Assembly: GCA_046582655.1 (NCBI GenBank)
Contig: JAYGDX010000201.1
Location: forward strand, 1-64,000
Direction: 5' to 3'
From: Candidatus Poribacteria bacterium
GTDB lineage: Bacteria; Poribacteria; WGA-4E; UBA9662
Length of the DNA stretch: 64,000 nt
Part shown: in pieces, positions 49,973-58,895 of the stretch
Position numbering within the stretch: position 1 is the stretch's first letter
Layout of the letters: every line of letters starts with the position of its first letter
The notes under the pieces: generated by a model
The model's input: the letters and a program-made list of their open reading frames with translations, nothing else
Told to the model about the DNA's origin: nothing
The model's database searches: none
Translations under genes and position numbers: made by a program

Positions 49973-51149
49973 TTATACTTTGGGTGAATCCAGTTCAAGC
50001 TCAATGGCTTTCTGATACGCCTCAATAGCCGAATCAACCCGTTCAAGTTCAACGGAGGTTAAGCCCAGATAGGAATATCCCAAGGCGAGTTTGGGACGGA
50101 TCTGAGTCAGTTGCTTCGCCCAAAAATAGGCGTTCTGAAACCGTTTCTGCGATATATGAGTCTCAACTAAGGCAACGTAAGCGGGGATGAAATCTGATTG
50201 GATTGAAAGCATCAACTGGCATTGCTCTTCAGCCTCCTGCAACCAACCATGTTTCTGATAAATTTGTACCATAGCGTATCGCGCTTGCAAATCTTCTGGG
50301 TTGCCTTGCAGTCTGCGACTATAAGGTTTGATTTTCTCATCAACCTGATGCCAGGCTTCGAACAACCTAGTTTCCGTTTCAGCAAGCTGTTTTCTGCCGA
50401 ATTTGGCATAAGCCTTTGCTAGATTGTAGTGAGCCGACTTATGTCGAGGCTTCAACGCAACAACCTTTTCCAAAACAGTGATAGCCTTCGGGTAATCTTT
50501 AAGACGCATGTAGGTAACGCCGAGTTCATAGTAAGACTCGATTCGGTTTGGTTCCAACTGAATTGCGGTTTGGTACATCTCAACCGCTTTAGACAGATCC
50601 CCCCCATCCATGCATAGGTCTGTCCTAAGCTGTGATATGGAGCGTGTAGTGTGGGTTCGACTTAATCGCCTGTCGGAACTGTACCATTGCGTTAGTAAAA
50701 TTGCGTTGTGACACGAAATTTAGTCCTAGTCCCATATACGCCAACACCATCTTTGAATTCAACGAAATTGCCTGCCGATAGTAGGTCTCAGCTAGATTAA
50801 ACTCCCGCTTTCGCCAGAAAAGGGAACCAAGTTCCTGGTGTGCGACAGCCAAATCTGGCTGGATAGATAGCGCTTTCTGCATCGCTTCAATCCCTTTATC
50901 CAGATGGTTTTGCGTTGCATAGATCAATCCCAGACCCACATAAGGCATGGCTGAATTTGGTGCTAGGTTTTGTGCTTGTTTAAACTTGATCAATGCTTGT
51001 ATCAAATGATCGTCTTCATAGTGTTGAAGAGCTTGGTTAAGGATTTTTTGGGATTGGACATTATTATCTTCACTCCTCAATTGTGTTTGAAAGAGGCAGC
51101 AGAAGAAAACCATCAGCACTAGCAACACGACAACTGATTTCTTAACCAT
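49973..51149 (-). pseudogene. Secreted TPR-repeat protein, frameshifted (ORFs 50625-51149 and 49973-50611)
   Basis: Continuous TPR units on both sides; bridging frame APYHSLGQTYAWMG needs an indel near 50645 and another in the G7 run (50599-50605); C-terminus ends mid-repeat. Confidence 0.8.
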
Positions 51150-51328
51150 GATATTCTACTTATAAGCGATAAGCGTTTGAATCTTATTGTATTTTAGTTT
51201 TAACTTAACACAACAAACCAACTTGAGCCACAATGGCATCAGTTGGGACGATTACTCCTTATTTCTAACGCAGAAACTACCGACAAATTGAAGACCTACG
51301 ACCACACCGATTTATCTGTGTTTCCCCT

Positions 51329-51520
51329 TCAGTTTAATGAGCCTCTTTCGATTGGTAAATTAAGGTGTTTTAGTTATTCCGGATTGAGGAGGCTCTTGGA
51401 TTCAACCACGGCCTTAATCTCCAGAATTTTTATCTTACTTTGCAGTATAGCCATGACTTTAATCAGTTCCTTGATGGGTTTCGTCTCTGCCAATTTCTGA
51501 CTGAAAAATTGTTATCGTAA
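51329..51520 (-). pseudogene. Possible Spy/CpxP (LTxxQ-motif) family remnant
   Basis: KPIKELIKVMAILQSKIKILEIKAVVESKSLLNPE*LKHL, with TAA (51376-51374) where LTPEQ-type motifs have Gln. Confidence 0.4.
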
Positions 51521-51729
51521 AGCAATTGTGTATGTACGTTCGTTAGTTCCCTGGTATCGTCGTCATAAGAGTCAATCTAAGAGGTTTCTGAGGGATCTAT
51601 GGTCCCTTGACTAAAGACTAACTGTCGTTGATTCTGAGATTCTAGGCATGGAAGGGAAATAAGGTTGGGCAGGAACCAACATCTAAACATAAAACAGGTT
51701 GGTTTTGATAGCAGGCAACCATTCTTTTG

Positions 51730-53148
51730 CTAGAGTATATCAGCTTTGAGCATGTTTGTTGAGCTAGAGTATCCAACTGGCATTCCACCAACAATTACGA
51801 CTCTGTCTCCTGAGTAACCAAGGCCAGCTTTTAAGATGCTTGCTTTCGATTCATTAATCATTTGATCAATACTTTCAATATACCTAGTCGTAACAGCAGA
51901 TGTTCCCCAATAAAGCATGGACTTCCGTAAAGTTTGCTCGTATGGACTGACAACAGCAATCTTGGCAGATGGCCTATACTTGGAAACCTGCCTTGCTGTG
52001 TCACCATAGCGAGTGCAACAAATGATAAGCTTAGCCCCTATTTCCAAGGCAGTGTGACAGGCTGAATGGACAATAGCGTCTGGAATCGTATCGCCAATAG
52101 TAATCGGCTGGCGTTTGAAGGACTCCAGATAATCAATTTTTGACTCGGTTGCCAAAGCAACTTCTTTCATCATCTTAACTGATGCCGTTGGATATTTACC
52201 GATTGCAGTTTCAGCAGAAAGCATCAGTGCCGAGGTTCCATCTATAATTGCATTTGCAATGTCGGTAACTTCGGCCCGTGTCGGTCGCGGATTATGAACC
52301 ATAGATTCAAGCATCTGAGTTGCGGTGATAACAGGTTTGCCCCGATCGTTTGTTAATTTTGTTATTTTTTTTTGAACGGCGGGGACTTCTTGCAGAGGAA
52401 TTTCTAGGCCTAGATCTCCTCTGGCAATCATGACACCGTCGGCTTCTGAAATAATACCTTCCAGCTCGTCAAGAGCTTCCCGCTTCTCCAGTTTGACAAT
52501 CACCGGGATATCAAACTTATATTGATCGAGAATCGATTTAAGATTTTTCACATCATCCACATTTCGAACAAAAGATTGGGCAATCCAATCCACACCAAGT
52601 TCTTTGCCAAATAGAAGGTCCTCAATATCCTTTGGGGTTGGAATTGCTACGTCAAGTCCAATTCCAGGCACAGTAATTCCTTTCTTTGAACTTAATTCTC
52701 CACCAGCAACCACTACGCAATCGACATGGGTTGTCGCAGTTGATCTTACTTGAAGTTGAATCTCTCCATCTGCTAATAATATTTGATCTCCAGCAGACAG
52801 TGCATTGATGAATTCAGGTGAATTGACCGACACTTTGGTTGCGTCACCAACAATCTGTTCAGCCATCAGTGCAAATTGAGAGGCCTCGACGAGTTCAACT
52901 GAGCCTGACTCAAACGCACCAATCCGCACTTTCGGTCCAGAAAGATCCTGCAGGATTGGAATCCTCATATCTAACAGCGTTTCTGCTGTTTTAATATTCT
53001 TAATGGTTTCAGCATGATCAGCATGTGTTCCGTGCGAAAATGAAACTCGGGCCATATCCATGCCTGAAACAACCAGTGATTTAATCAGCTCAACCGACTT
53101 ACTAGCAGGACCGATGGTACAGACAATTTTCGTACGTTTACTATCCAT
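51730..53148 (-). CDS. pyk: Pyruvate kinase
   Basis: RTKIVCTIGPAS, FSHGTH, QDLSGPKVR, VKLEK, MIARGDLG, ITATQMLESM, PTRAEVTD, MLSAETAIGKYP. Confidence 0.98.
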   Translation of the reverse strand: MDSKRTKIVCTIGPASKSVELIKSLVVSGMDMARVSFSHGTHADHAETIKNIKTAETLLDMRIPILQDLSGPKVRIGAFESGSVELVEASQFALMAEQIVGDATKVSVNSPEFINALSAGDQILLADGEIQLQVRSTATTHVDCVVVAGGELSSKKGITVPGIGLDVAIPTPKDIEDLLFGKELGVDWIAQSFVRNVDDVKNLKSILDQYKFDIPVIVKLEKREALDELEGIISEADGVMIARGDLGLEIPLQEVPAVQKKITKLTNDRGKPVITATQMLESMVHNPRPTRAEVTDIANAIIDGTSALMLSAETAIGKYPTASVKMMKEVALATESKIDYLESFKRQPITIGDTIPDAIVHSACHTALEIGAKLIICCTRYGDTARQVSKYRPSAKIAVVSPYEQTLRKSMLYWGTSAVTTRYIESIDQMINESKASILKAGLGYSGDRVVIVGGMPVGYSSSTNMLKADIL

Positions 53149-53200
53149 CTAAAAATATCTTCAATTGCTCTCCAATGGATTTAACAAAAATGTGTAGATA

Positions 53201-53428
53201 CTATTTTATCTTCTTCACTTTATAAATTTTCAGAATATATCCTAGGATCCCTATTACACAAATCATCATTAAGAGAATAATTTCCTTTGAAACCCCACCC
53301 CACTTTCGGTTTACGTATACATGAAAGGATTGACTCATTTCATGAACAGCATTCCTCTCAAAAAATGGCGTATCAATTAGGACTTTACGAAACTGGTTGT
53401 AAGCATCAATAGCACCGAAGAATTTCAT
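53201..53428 (-). CDS. Small hypothetical membrane protein or fragment
   Basis: 75-aa ORF with a C-terminal hydrophobic helix and basic tail, co-oriented with neighbours; no family recognised. Confidence 0.3.
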   Translation of the reverse strand: MKFFGAIDAYNQFRKVLIDTPFFERNAVHEMSQSFHVYVNRKWGGVSKEIILLMMICVIGILGYILKIYKVKKIK

Positions 53429-53593
53429 AGTTAGAAAAAACGGAATGCGTGTTTCCTTAAATCAGCTAATTGGCACAACATCAGATCATAAAAATTTGTT
53501 CTAGCTCGTGCCTATTAATTATAAGCAATTTGTTGGATTCTCTAAGTATGTCGCAGTAAAGTTCAGTACTGAATTTGTCTAATCCATCTACAT

Positions 53594-54415
53594 TTAGCTT
53601 AGATTGATTGTTAATCCATCCTCTGCAACTATCACTTCTCCACTGTAATGTGATTGAATCTGTTTGGCCATCGAATTACCAATTGTACGGTCCCCTGTAA
53701 TATCTTCAATCACCAAATGCTTGATGATCACTATCTTTATTCCCGCCTCCGACGCAATTTGAGCAATATCTGCCGGCCCGATATGCCAACTACCCCACGC
53801 TTGTTGATCTAAGAATTCGGATGTTCCTGAACATTCAATAGATAGCAGGTCAGCTCCGTGACAAAACTCAGGGAATTTTTCATCAGGGATTCCATCCCCT
53901 GTAATAACGATTCGTTTATTTCCTACGTTTATTCGATAAGCTAAGGTAGGGATTCCAGCGTGATCAATAAATGTTGAAGATATTTGGTATCTATTGGCTA
54001 GGAGAAATTGGCTGGCCTGATGCACTTCATACACCACTGGATCTAATAACGTAATGTCCTTCCCATGCTTCAAGCGACTTTCAATATCTTGCTGAAAAGG
54101 CGGTCGAATAATCTTTGTTACAAAATCTTTAGTTCCATTTGGACCATAAATCTGCAACCGATTTTTTCGTTTCTTTATCCAGCCTACAAACACTAAATAA
54201 GGAACATCCACAATATGATCAAAATGTAGGTGTGTTAGGAACAACCGATCTACTGCCTCACATCCTATTCCTGTCCGAGCAAGGTTGGTGCTAGCTGACC
54301 GACCACAATCGAACATGAGGATCTCATTATCAATATTCAGTATTTGCGATGGACCACCTCGGTGTGGATTATCCCGTACCGCGCCACTTCCTAACATTAC
54401 AAACTGTAATTTCAT
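53594..54415 (-). CDS. MBL-fold metallo-hydrolase (RNase Z-like)
   Basis: MLGSG, LMFDCG, LFLTHLHFDH, IYGP, DHAGIPTLAYRI, ITGD, VIVAEDG. Confidence 0.9.
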   Translation of the reverse strand: MKLQFVMLGSGAVRDNPHRGGPSQILNIDNEILMFDCGRSASTNLARTGIGCEAVDRLFLTHLHFDHIVDVPYLVFVGWIKKRKNRLQIYGPNGTKDFVTKIIRPPFQQDIESRLKHGKDITLLDPVVYEVHQASQFLLANRYQISSTFIDHAGIPTLAYRINVGNKRIVITGDGIPDEKFPEFCHGADLLSIECSGTSEFLDQQAWGSWHIGPADIAQIASEAGIKIVIIKHLVIEDITGDRTIGNSMAKQIQSHYSGEVIVAEDGLTINLS

Positions 54416-54625
54416 AATAATATTTAGTCGTATCCTCAACACAGCTCATGCTTTACAGACATGAGTCTAATAAGTCTACAAGATTGAAATTCAGTAGGAA
54501 TGTCTTTAATGCGGGACTCAGGAGTGAAACTAGTTACAACACTGGACGCCTTGCCTGCCAATATTCCGGAAAATGACTTCGATAGATCCAACAGGAATAT
54601 TATGTACCGTATCGAGACCGCCAAC

Positions 54626-56131
54626 TCACAAATCGGCTGTGGCACCTGCGATCTTTGATGCAATTAATTTCTGGACCTCACCAGTTTCGATAATACGAAT
54701 TGCTTTTACAAGCTGGTTATCATGATCAAGATCAATTAGCTGATATATTCCAACATTATTATTAAAAACCCGTTTAGCATCTAGCTTTACTAAATCCGCG
54801 CGCAATGATATATTATTTTGTTTTAGTATTTCAAATAGTGGACTGAGATTAGCCTCAAGTTTTGAAAAATCCTGAGGTGTCTTTCCAGTGATCTTTTCTT
54901 CCTCTTCAATCCACACTTCAACAAAATCATTCACATAACGACCATTACGCATTTTCTGTCGCATCTCAGCATCCGCTATTTCGAGTTTTGTTGCATCAAT
55001 ATCAATTTGTGGTTCAATACCTTTCTCATTAATTGAAGTGCCGTTTGGAGTGTAATAGGTTGAAATGGTTAATGATACCGCCCCTCCATGCTTTAAAGGG
55101 ATGCGTTGTTGAACAACACCCTTGCCAAAAGTTTTTTTCCCCAGAAGAACACCACGAATATGGTCCTTAATTGCCCCTGCCACTATCTCTGATCCGCTTG
55201 CACTGTATTCGTTTATCAGCACAACAAGTTCTACATCGTCTGGACAAAGGGTTTTTGATTTAGATTTATATTCTTTATTAGACTGGGGATGACGCCCTCT
55301 GGTCGAAACAATCATCCCCTCAGAAATAAGAGCATCTGAGACATAATAGGCCGAGTCAAGAAGGCCACCAGGATTATTACGGAGATCTAAAATTAGTGCT
55401 TTGGGTTTTATATTACCTGAATTAAAAAGATCCATCATGGCTTGGTGGAATTCTTCATTAGTTCGTCCAGTAAAGTTGGTAATTCGTATATAGGCAATTT
55501 CATCGTTAACCATAGCCTTTTCAACACTATCAGTTTTGATTTCTCCACGTGTTAAAGTGACATCGAAGGGATCAGAACTTCCTCGACGGTGAATCGAAAT
55601 TGTGACTTTGGTTCCAATTCTTCCCCTGAGAATGCTAACGACATCATTAAGTGTTTTACCACTTGTAATTCCAATGTTAATTGCTTCTCCCCCGATCTTG
55701 GTAATGTAATCACCTGCTTGTAGGCCCGCTTTCATTGCCGGAGTATAAGGTAAGACGGATAAAATTTTCACCAAACCTTTGTCCACATAAATTCGGATTC
55801 CTAATCCACCGAATTTAGCAGTAATGAGATCTTCGCGTTCACGTTGAAAGGACTTTGGGGATTGATAAAAAGAATAAGGATCACCAAGCGCCGCCAGTGC
55901 ACCTTTAATTGCGCCTTCGTAAATTTTCTGGCGGTCTACATCTTTGTAATAAAAGGTTTCCGCTTTTGCTATTGCTTCATTCAGTTTATTAATCAGCGTC
56001 ATGGTCGTTATTCTTTCTTCACGACCACTTAGTGCACTTTTGCCAATAGTATTGAAGAGGAGAACTGAAACCACCGCAATTGCAGTTAAAGCAACAATTG
56101 AAATAGTGCATTTTCTATTGTATTGAACCAT
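54626..56131 (-). CDS. ctpA: S41 carboxyl-terminal processing protease with PDZ domain
   Basis: LGDPYS, FGGLGI (PDZ), LILDLRNNPGGLL, SASGSEIVAGAIKD, TFGKGVVQ, YYTPNG. Confidence 0.95.
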   Translation of the reverse strand: MVQYNRKCTISIVALTAIAVVSVLLFNTIGKSALSGREERITTMTLINKLNEAIAKAETFYYKDVDRQKIYEGAIKGALAALGDPYSFYQSPKSFQREREDLITAKFGGLGIRIYVDKGLVKILSVLPYTPAMKAGLQAGDYITKIGGEAINIGITSGKTLNDVVSILRGRIGTKVTISIHRRGSSDPFDVTLTRGEIKTDSVEKAMVNDEIAYIRITNFTGRTNEEFHQAMMDLFNSGNIKPKALILDLRNNPGGLLDSAYYVSDALISEGMIVSTRGRHPQSNKEYKSKSKTLCPDDVELVVLINEYSASGSEIVAGAIKDHIRGVLLGKKTFGKGVVQQRIPLKHGGAVSLTISTYYTPNGTSINEKGIEPQIDIDATKLEIADAEMRQKMRNGRYVNDFVEVWIEEEEKITGKTPQDFSKLEANLSPLFEILKQNNISLRADLVKLDAKRVFNNNVGIYQLIDLDHDNQLVKAIRIIETGEVQKLIASKIAGATADL

Positions 56132-56171
56132 GACGATCCTTAATTACTTCAAAAATTTTAAATACCACACA

Positions 56172-56201
56172 ATTATAACATCTTAGCTAGATACTTGACA
56201 A
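56172..56201 (-). promoter_or_regulatory. Putative promoter for ctpA
   Basis: Minus strand TTGTCA-18 nt-TATAAT with extended -10 (TGnTATAAT), 40 nt upstream of ATG 56131. Confidence 0.5.
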
Positions 56202-56204
56202 TTT

Positions 56205-57092
56205 CTATGTGGGTTGTGTCTTCCAGCGGTTATGAAGCCATAGCCATTGGTCTGGATATTTTCGAATTTCCCTTTCAAGAATTTTTAATAAACGCTCAGT
56301 ATTGTACTGTACATCGTGTTCGAGGTTCTTCGAAATTTCAATATAAAACGGTTCATAAATTTTGACCAAGTGTTGGTTGTTAGGCTGACGAATACAGACT
56401 GAGAATAATATCGGTGCTCCAGTTTTAAGTGCAAGTATCATCGGACTACGAACTGCAGAAGCAGGCTTACCAAAAAAGTCAACAAATACACCGCTATCTC
56501 CTGCATCTTGATCAGCGAAAAAACCGATTGCACAATTTTGCTGAAGCGCAAGTATAATCCTTCGAATGGCTCTTTTTTTAGGGATAAGTTCAGCACTAAG
56601 ATGTTGTCGATATTTCCAAACCAATTGATTAAGACGTTTGTTCCTAAGTTCAAAAACGATGGCTTTTATACGGTTGGGTATTAACACACCAGTAATGAGG
56701 CCTGTAAGTTCCCAGTTGCCGAAATGCGGAACAAATATTATTGCTCCTTTGCCCTGACTAAGAGCGATATCTAGGTTTTCTTTACCTTCAACATTAACCA
56801 GCTCCCAGATATTCTCAGTTGTTAATTGAGGGAATTGCAAAAACTCAGCTAAGTTTTTGCCAAGGCCTTGAAAACTTTTACGACATATTCGCTGAATCTC
56901 TTGATCCGAGAATTTTTTGGCAAAAGCGATTTTCAAGTTTGAAATCGCTATGCGCCGCCGTCGCTTCAATACGATATACGAGAGATTACCGATCCACACA
57001 CCAAGTGCTAAGGCCACCTTTCTCGGTAATAACTGAAATATTGTGGCGACGCATCGGAAAGCCAAAACCTCCATTAAATCTCTATTTAGCAA
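56205..57092 (-). CDS. Lipid A biosynthesis (LpxL/HtrB-like) lysophospholipid acyltransferase
   Basis: NLKIAF, HFGNWE, ADQD..GVFVDFFG, IRKYPDQWLWLHNRWK. Confidence 0.92.
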   Translation of the reverse strand: MLNRDLMEVLAFRCVATIFQLLPRKVALALGVWIGNLSYIVLKRRRRIAISNLKIAFAKKFSDQEIQRICRKSFQGLGKNLAEFLQFPQLTTENIWELVNVEGKENLDIALSQGKGAIIFVPHFGNWELTGLITGVLIPNRIKAIVFELRNKRLNQLVWKYRQHLSAELIPKKRAIRRIILALQQNCAIGFFADQDAGDSGVFVDFFGKPASAVRSPMILALKTGAPILFSVCIRQPNNQHLVKIYEPFYIEISKNLEHDVQYNTERLLKILEREIRKYPDQWLWLHNRWKTQPT

Positions 57093-57103
57093 GAGGGAAA
57101 TGA

Positions 57104-57391
57104 CTAACCTGCAATCTCGTCAGCTCTCTTGGCAAATTCAAAATCGAGGCTACTAATTCCGCCAGAGTCGTGGGTATTTAGATCTATAGTAACACGGTTA
57201 TAGACATTAGACCAATCAGGATGATGGTTCATTGATTCCGCAACTAGTGCAACACTTGACATAAAACCAAATGCCTCAACAAAAGAGTTAAACTGATACT
57301 GCTTATGAAGTTTCTCGTCTTGTACTGTCCATCCCGATAGGTCTGAAATTTGATTCTCAATCTGTGATGTGGTTAATTTTGGACTCGCCAT
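57104..57391 (-). CDS. phhB: Pterin-4-alpha-carbinolamine dehydratase
   Basis: FNSFVEAFGFM..VALVAESMNHHPDWSNVYNRV..L.THD.GGIS.LD; GAGGA RBS. Confidence 0.95.
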   Translation of the reverse strand: MASPKLTTSQIENQISDLSGWTVQDEKLHKQYQFNSFVEAFGFMSSVALVAESMNHHPDWSNVYNRVTIDLNTHDSGGISSLDFEFAKRADEIAG

Positions 57392-57504
57392 ACCTAATTA
57401 TCCTCAATTTTGGTAAGAATTTGGTGGGGTTTGAGATTCGATTTTAGTGTGCCTTGAGGTCAAAGTCAAGCCGAAATTGATTTCAACAAACTAAACCAAT
57501 GTAA

Positions 57505-57533
57505 TTGACAGAAAATTTCAGCTAGTGTATTAT
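57505..57533 (+). promoter_or_regulatory. Sigma70-type promoter upstream of the membrane-protein/secA operon
   Basis: TTGACA (57505-57510), 17-nt spacer, TATTAT (57528-57533). Confidence 0.6.
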
Positions 57534-57588
57534 AATAAAATAGTGCATTATAATCCCTATGAATGGGACTAAAATGTAAGGAGGGATT

Positions 57589-58824
57589 ATGGATTTCCGC
57601 TTCGATTTTCGGGAGATTTTTAGATCCGGACGATTGGGTTTCAGCGCAAAGAAAATATTTATTCACTTTGTTGGTCTTCTAATTGCTTATATAATCTATG
57701 AGATTCTGATTTATTTGAGTTTGCTTATTACCAGTATAGATAGTGCTAAGGAGTTCTGGGGTAATCATGCCTTATTGCCAACTTGTCCATTCATTACCGA
57801 TTATGGCGGTTTCGAGCCGATTACAAAAATTGTAATGTGGGTGGGGATGTTTGTTTATTTTGCAGCCTTTTTTTTAACCAGCACAATGGTCTCTAAGCTT
57901 ACTATTCAGCAGTTGCGAGGCGATCACTTCTTTTCAATTGGTGAATCTGTTGTCTTCACTAAAAAAAATTGGAAGGTAATTTTCGGCACCTTTATTGGGG
58001 TTGCACTGATCTTTGCCCTTGTTTTAATAACACCAATCACGATTGGCTTGCTCGGCATGATTCCCGTAGTCGGTCATTGGATTGTAATGCTGTCATCGAT
58101 CCTCATGCCAATAGCCTTTTTCATGGGCTTGCTGATGGCATACTTAATCATTGTTTTCGGAATAGGGCTACTTTTTGTTCCCTCAGTAATTGCGGCGGCT
58201 GATTCGGATGTTTTTGAAACTATCGAACAGCATTTCTCAATAATTTGGAACCAGCCTTGGCGAATCGTTGTTTACGAAGGCCTCCTTCTGTTAACAAAAA
58301 CAGTTTGTGGCCTAGTTTGGTCGTTTTTCTGTCTGATTGGTTTTGTTCTAATACTCCTTCCGATTCGCTTTCTGATTCACAACGAAGTGGGAATTTTCAT
58401 GGCGCATGCCAATGGATTCCTCGGCAACCTGATTCAAAAACTGCCAAATTCCGTTGGTCAAATGGCAGTTTTTGACCTTGTGACTCCGCAGAGTACTGAC
58501 CCGGTTGCACTCAAGATTACAGGCTTTATTATAGCAATTACGATATTGTCAATCCTGGCCTTGATTATGGCTTACGTTTTATCGATTGCTTCAGTCGGAA
58601 ATACGGTTATCTACTCGATTTTAAGGAAACGGACTGATGGTGAAAATTTGCTTGAAGACAAGGAAGATCTAGTTCCAACATTTCCGGATAAAGGTCAAGA
58701 GGAAACAGATTCCGGTGGAACGCAAGAAAATGCAGAGTCGGCTTCAGAAGTTTCTGAGACGCCTCGAGGTGAAATTGCAATCGATCCAGTGGAAACCAAT
58801 GAGGAAGGGAAAACAGAAGAGTAA
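57589..58824 (+). CDS. Hypothetical polytopic membrane protein with an acidic C-terminal tail
   Basis: Multiple hydrophobic segments, IYSILRKRTDG motif, Glu-rich tail; AAGGAGG RBS. Confidence 0.8.
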   Translation: MDFRFDFREIFRSGRLGFSAKKIFIHFVGLLIAYIIYEILIYLSLLITSIDSAKEFWGNHALLPTCPFITDYGGFEPITKIVMWVGMFVYFAAFFLTSTMVSKLTIQQLRGDHFFSIGESVVFTKKNWKVIFGTFIGVALIFALVLITPITIGLLGMIPVVGHWIVMLSSILMPIAFFMGLLMAYLIIVFGIGLLFVPSVIAAADSDVFETIEQHFSIIWNQPWRIVVYEGLLLLTKTVCGLVWSFFCLIGFVLILLPIRFLIHNEVGIFMAHANGFLGNLIQKLPNSVGQMAVFDLVTPQSTDPVALKITGFIIAITILSILALIMAYVLSIASVGNTVIYSILRKRTDGENLLEDKEDLVPTFPDKGQEETDSGGTQENAESASEVSETPRGEIAIDPVETNEEGKTEE

Positions 58825-58895
58825 GTTTTACTGACAATTTATTTTTGCTTTTAGAGTGTACCAACTGGTTCCGAATTAACTCAAGGAAGTTTCTC

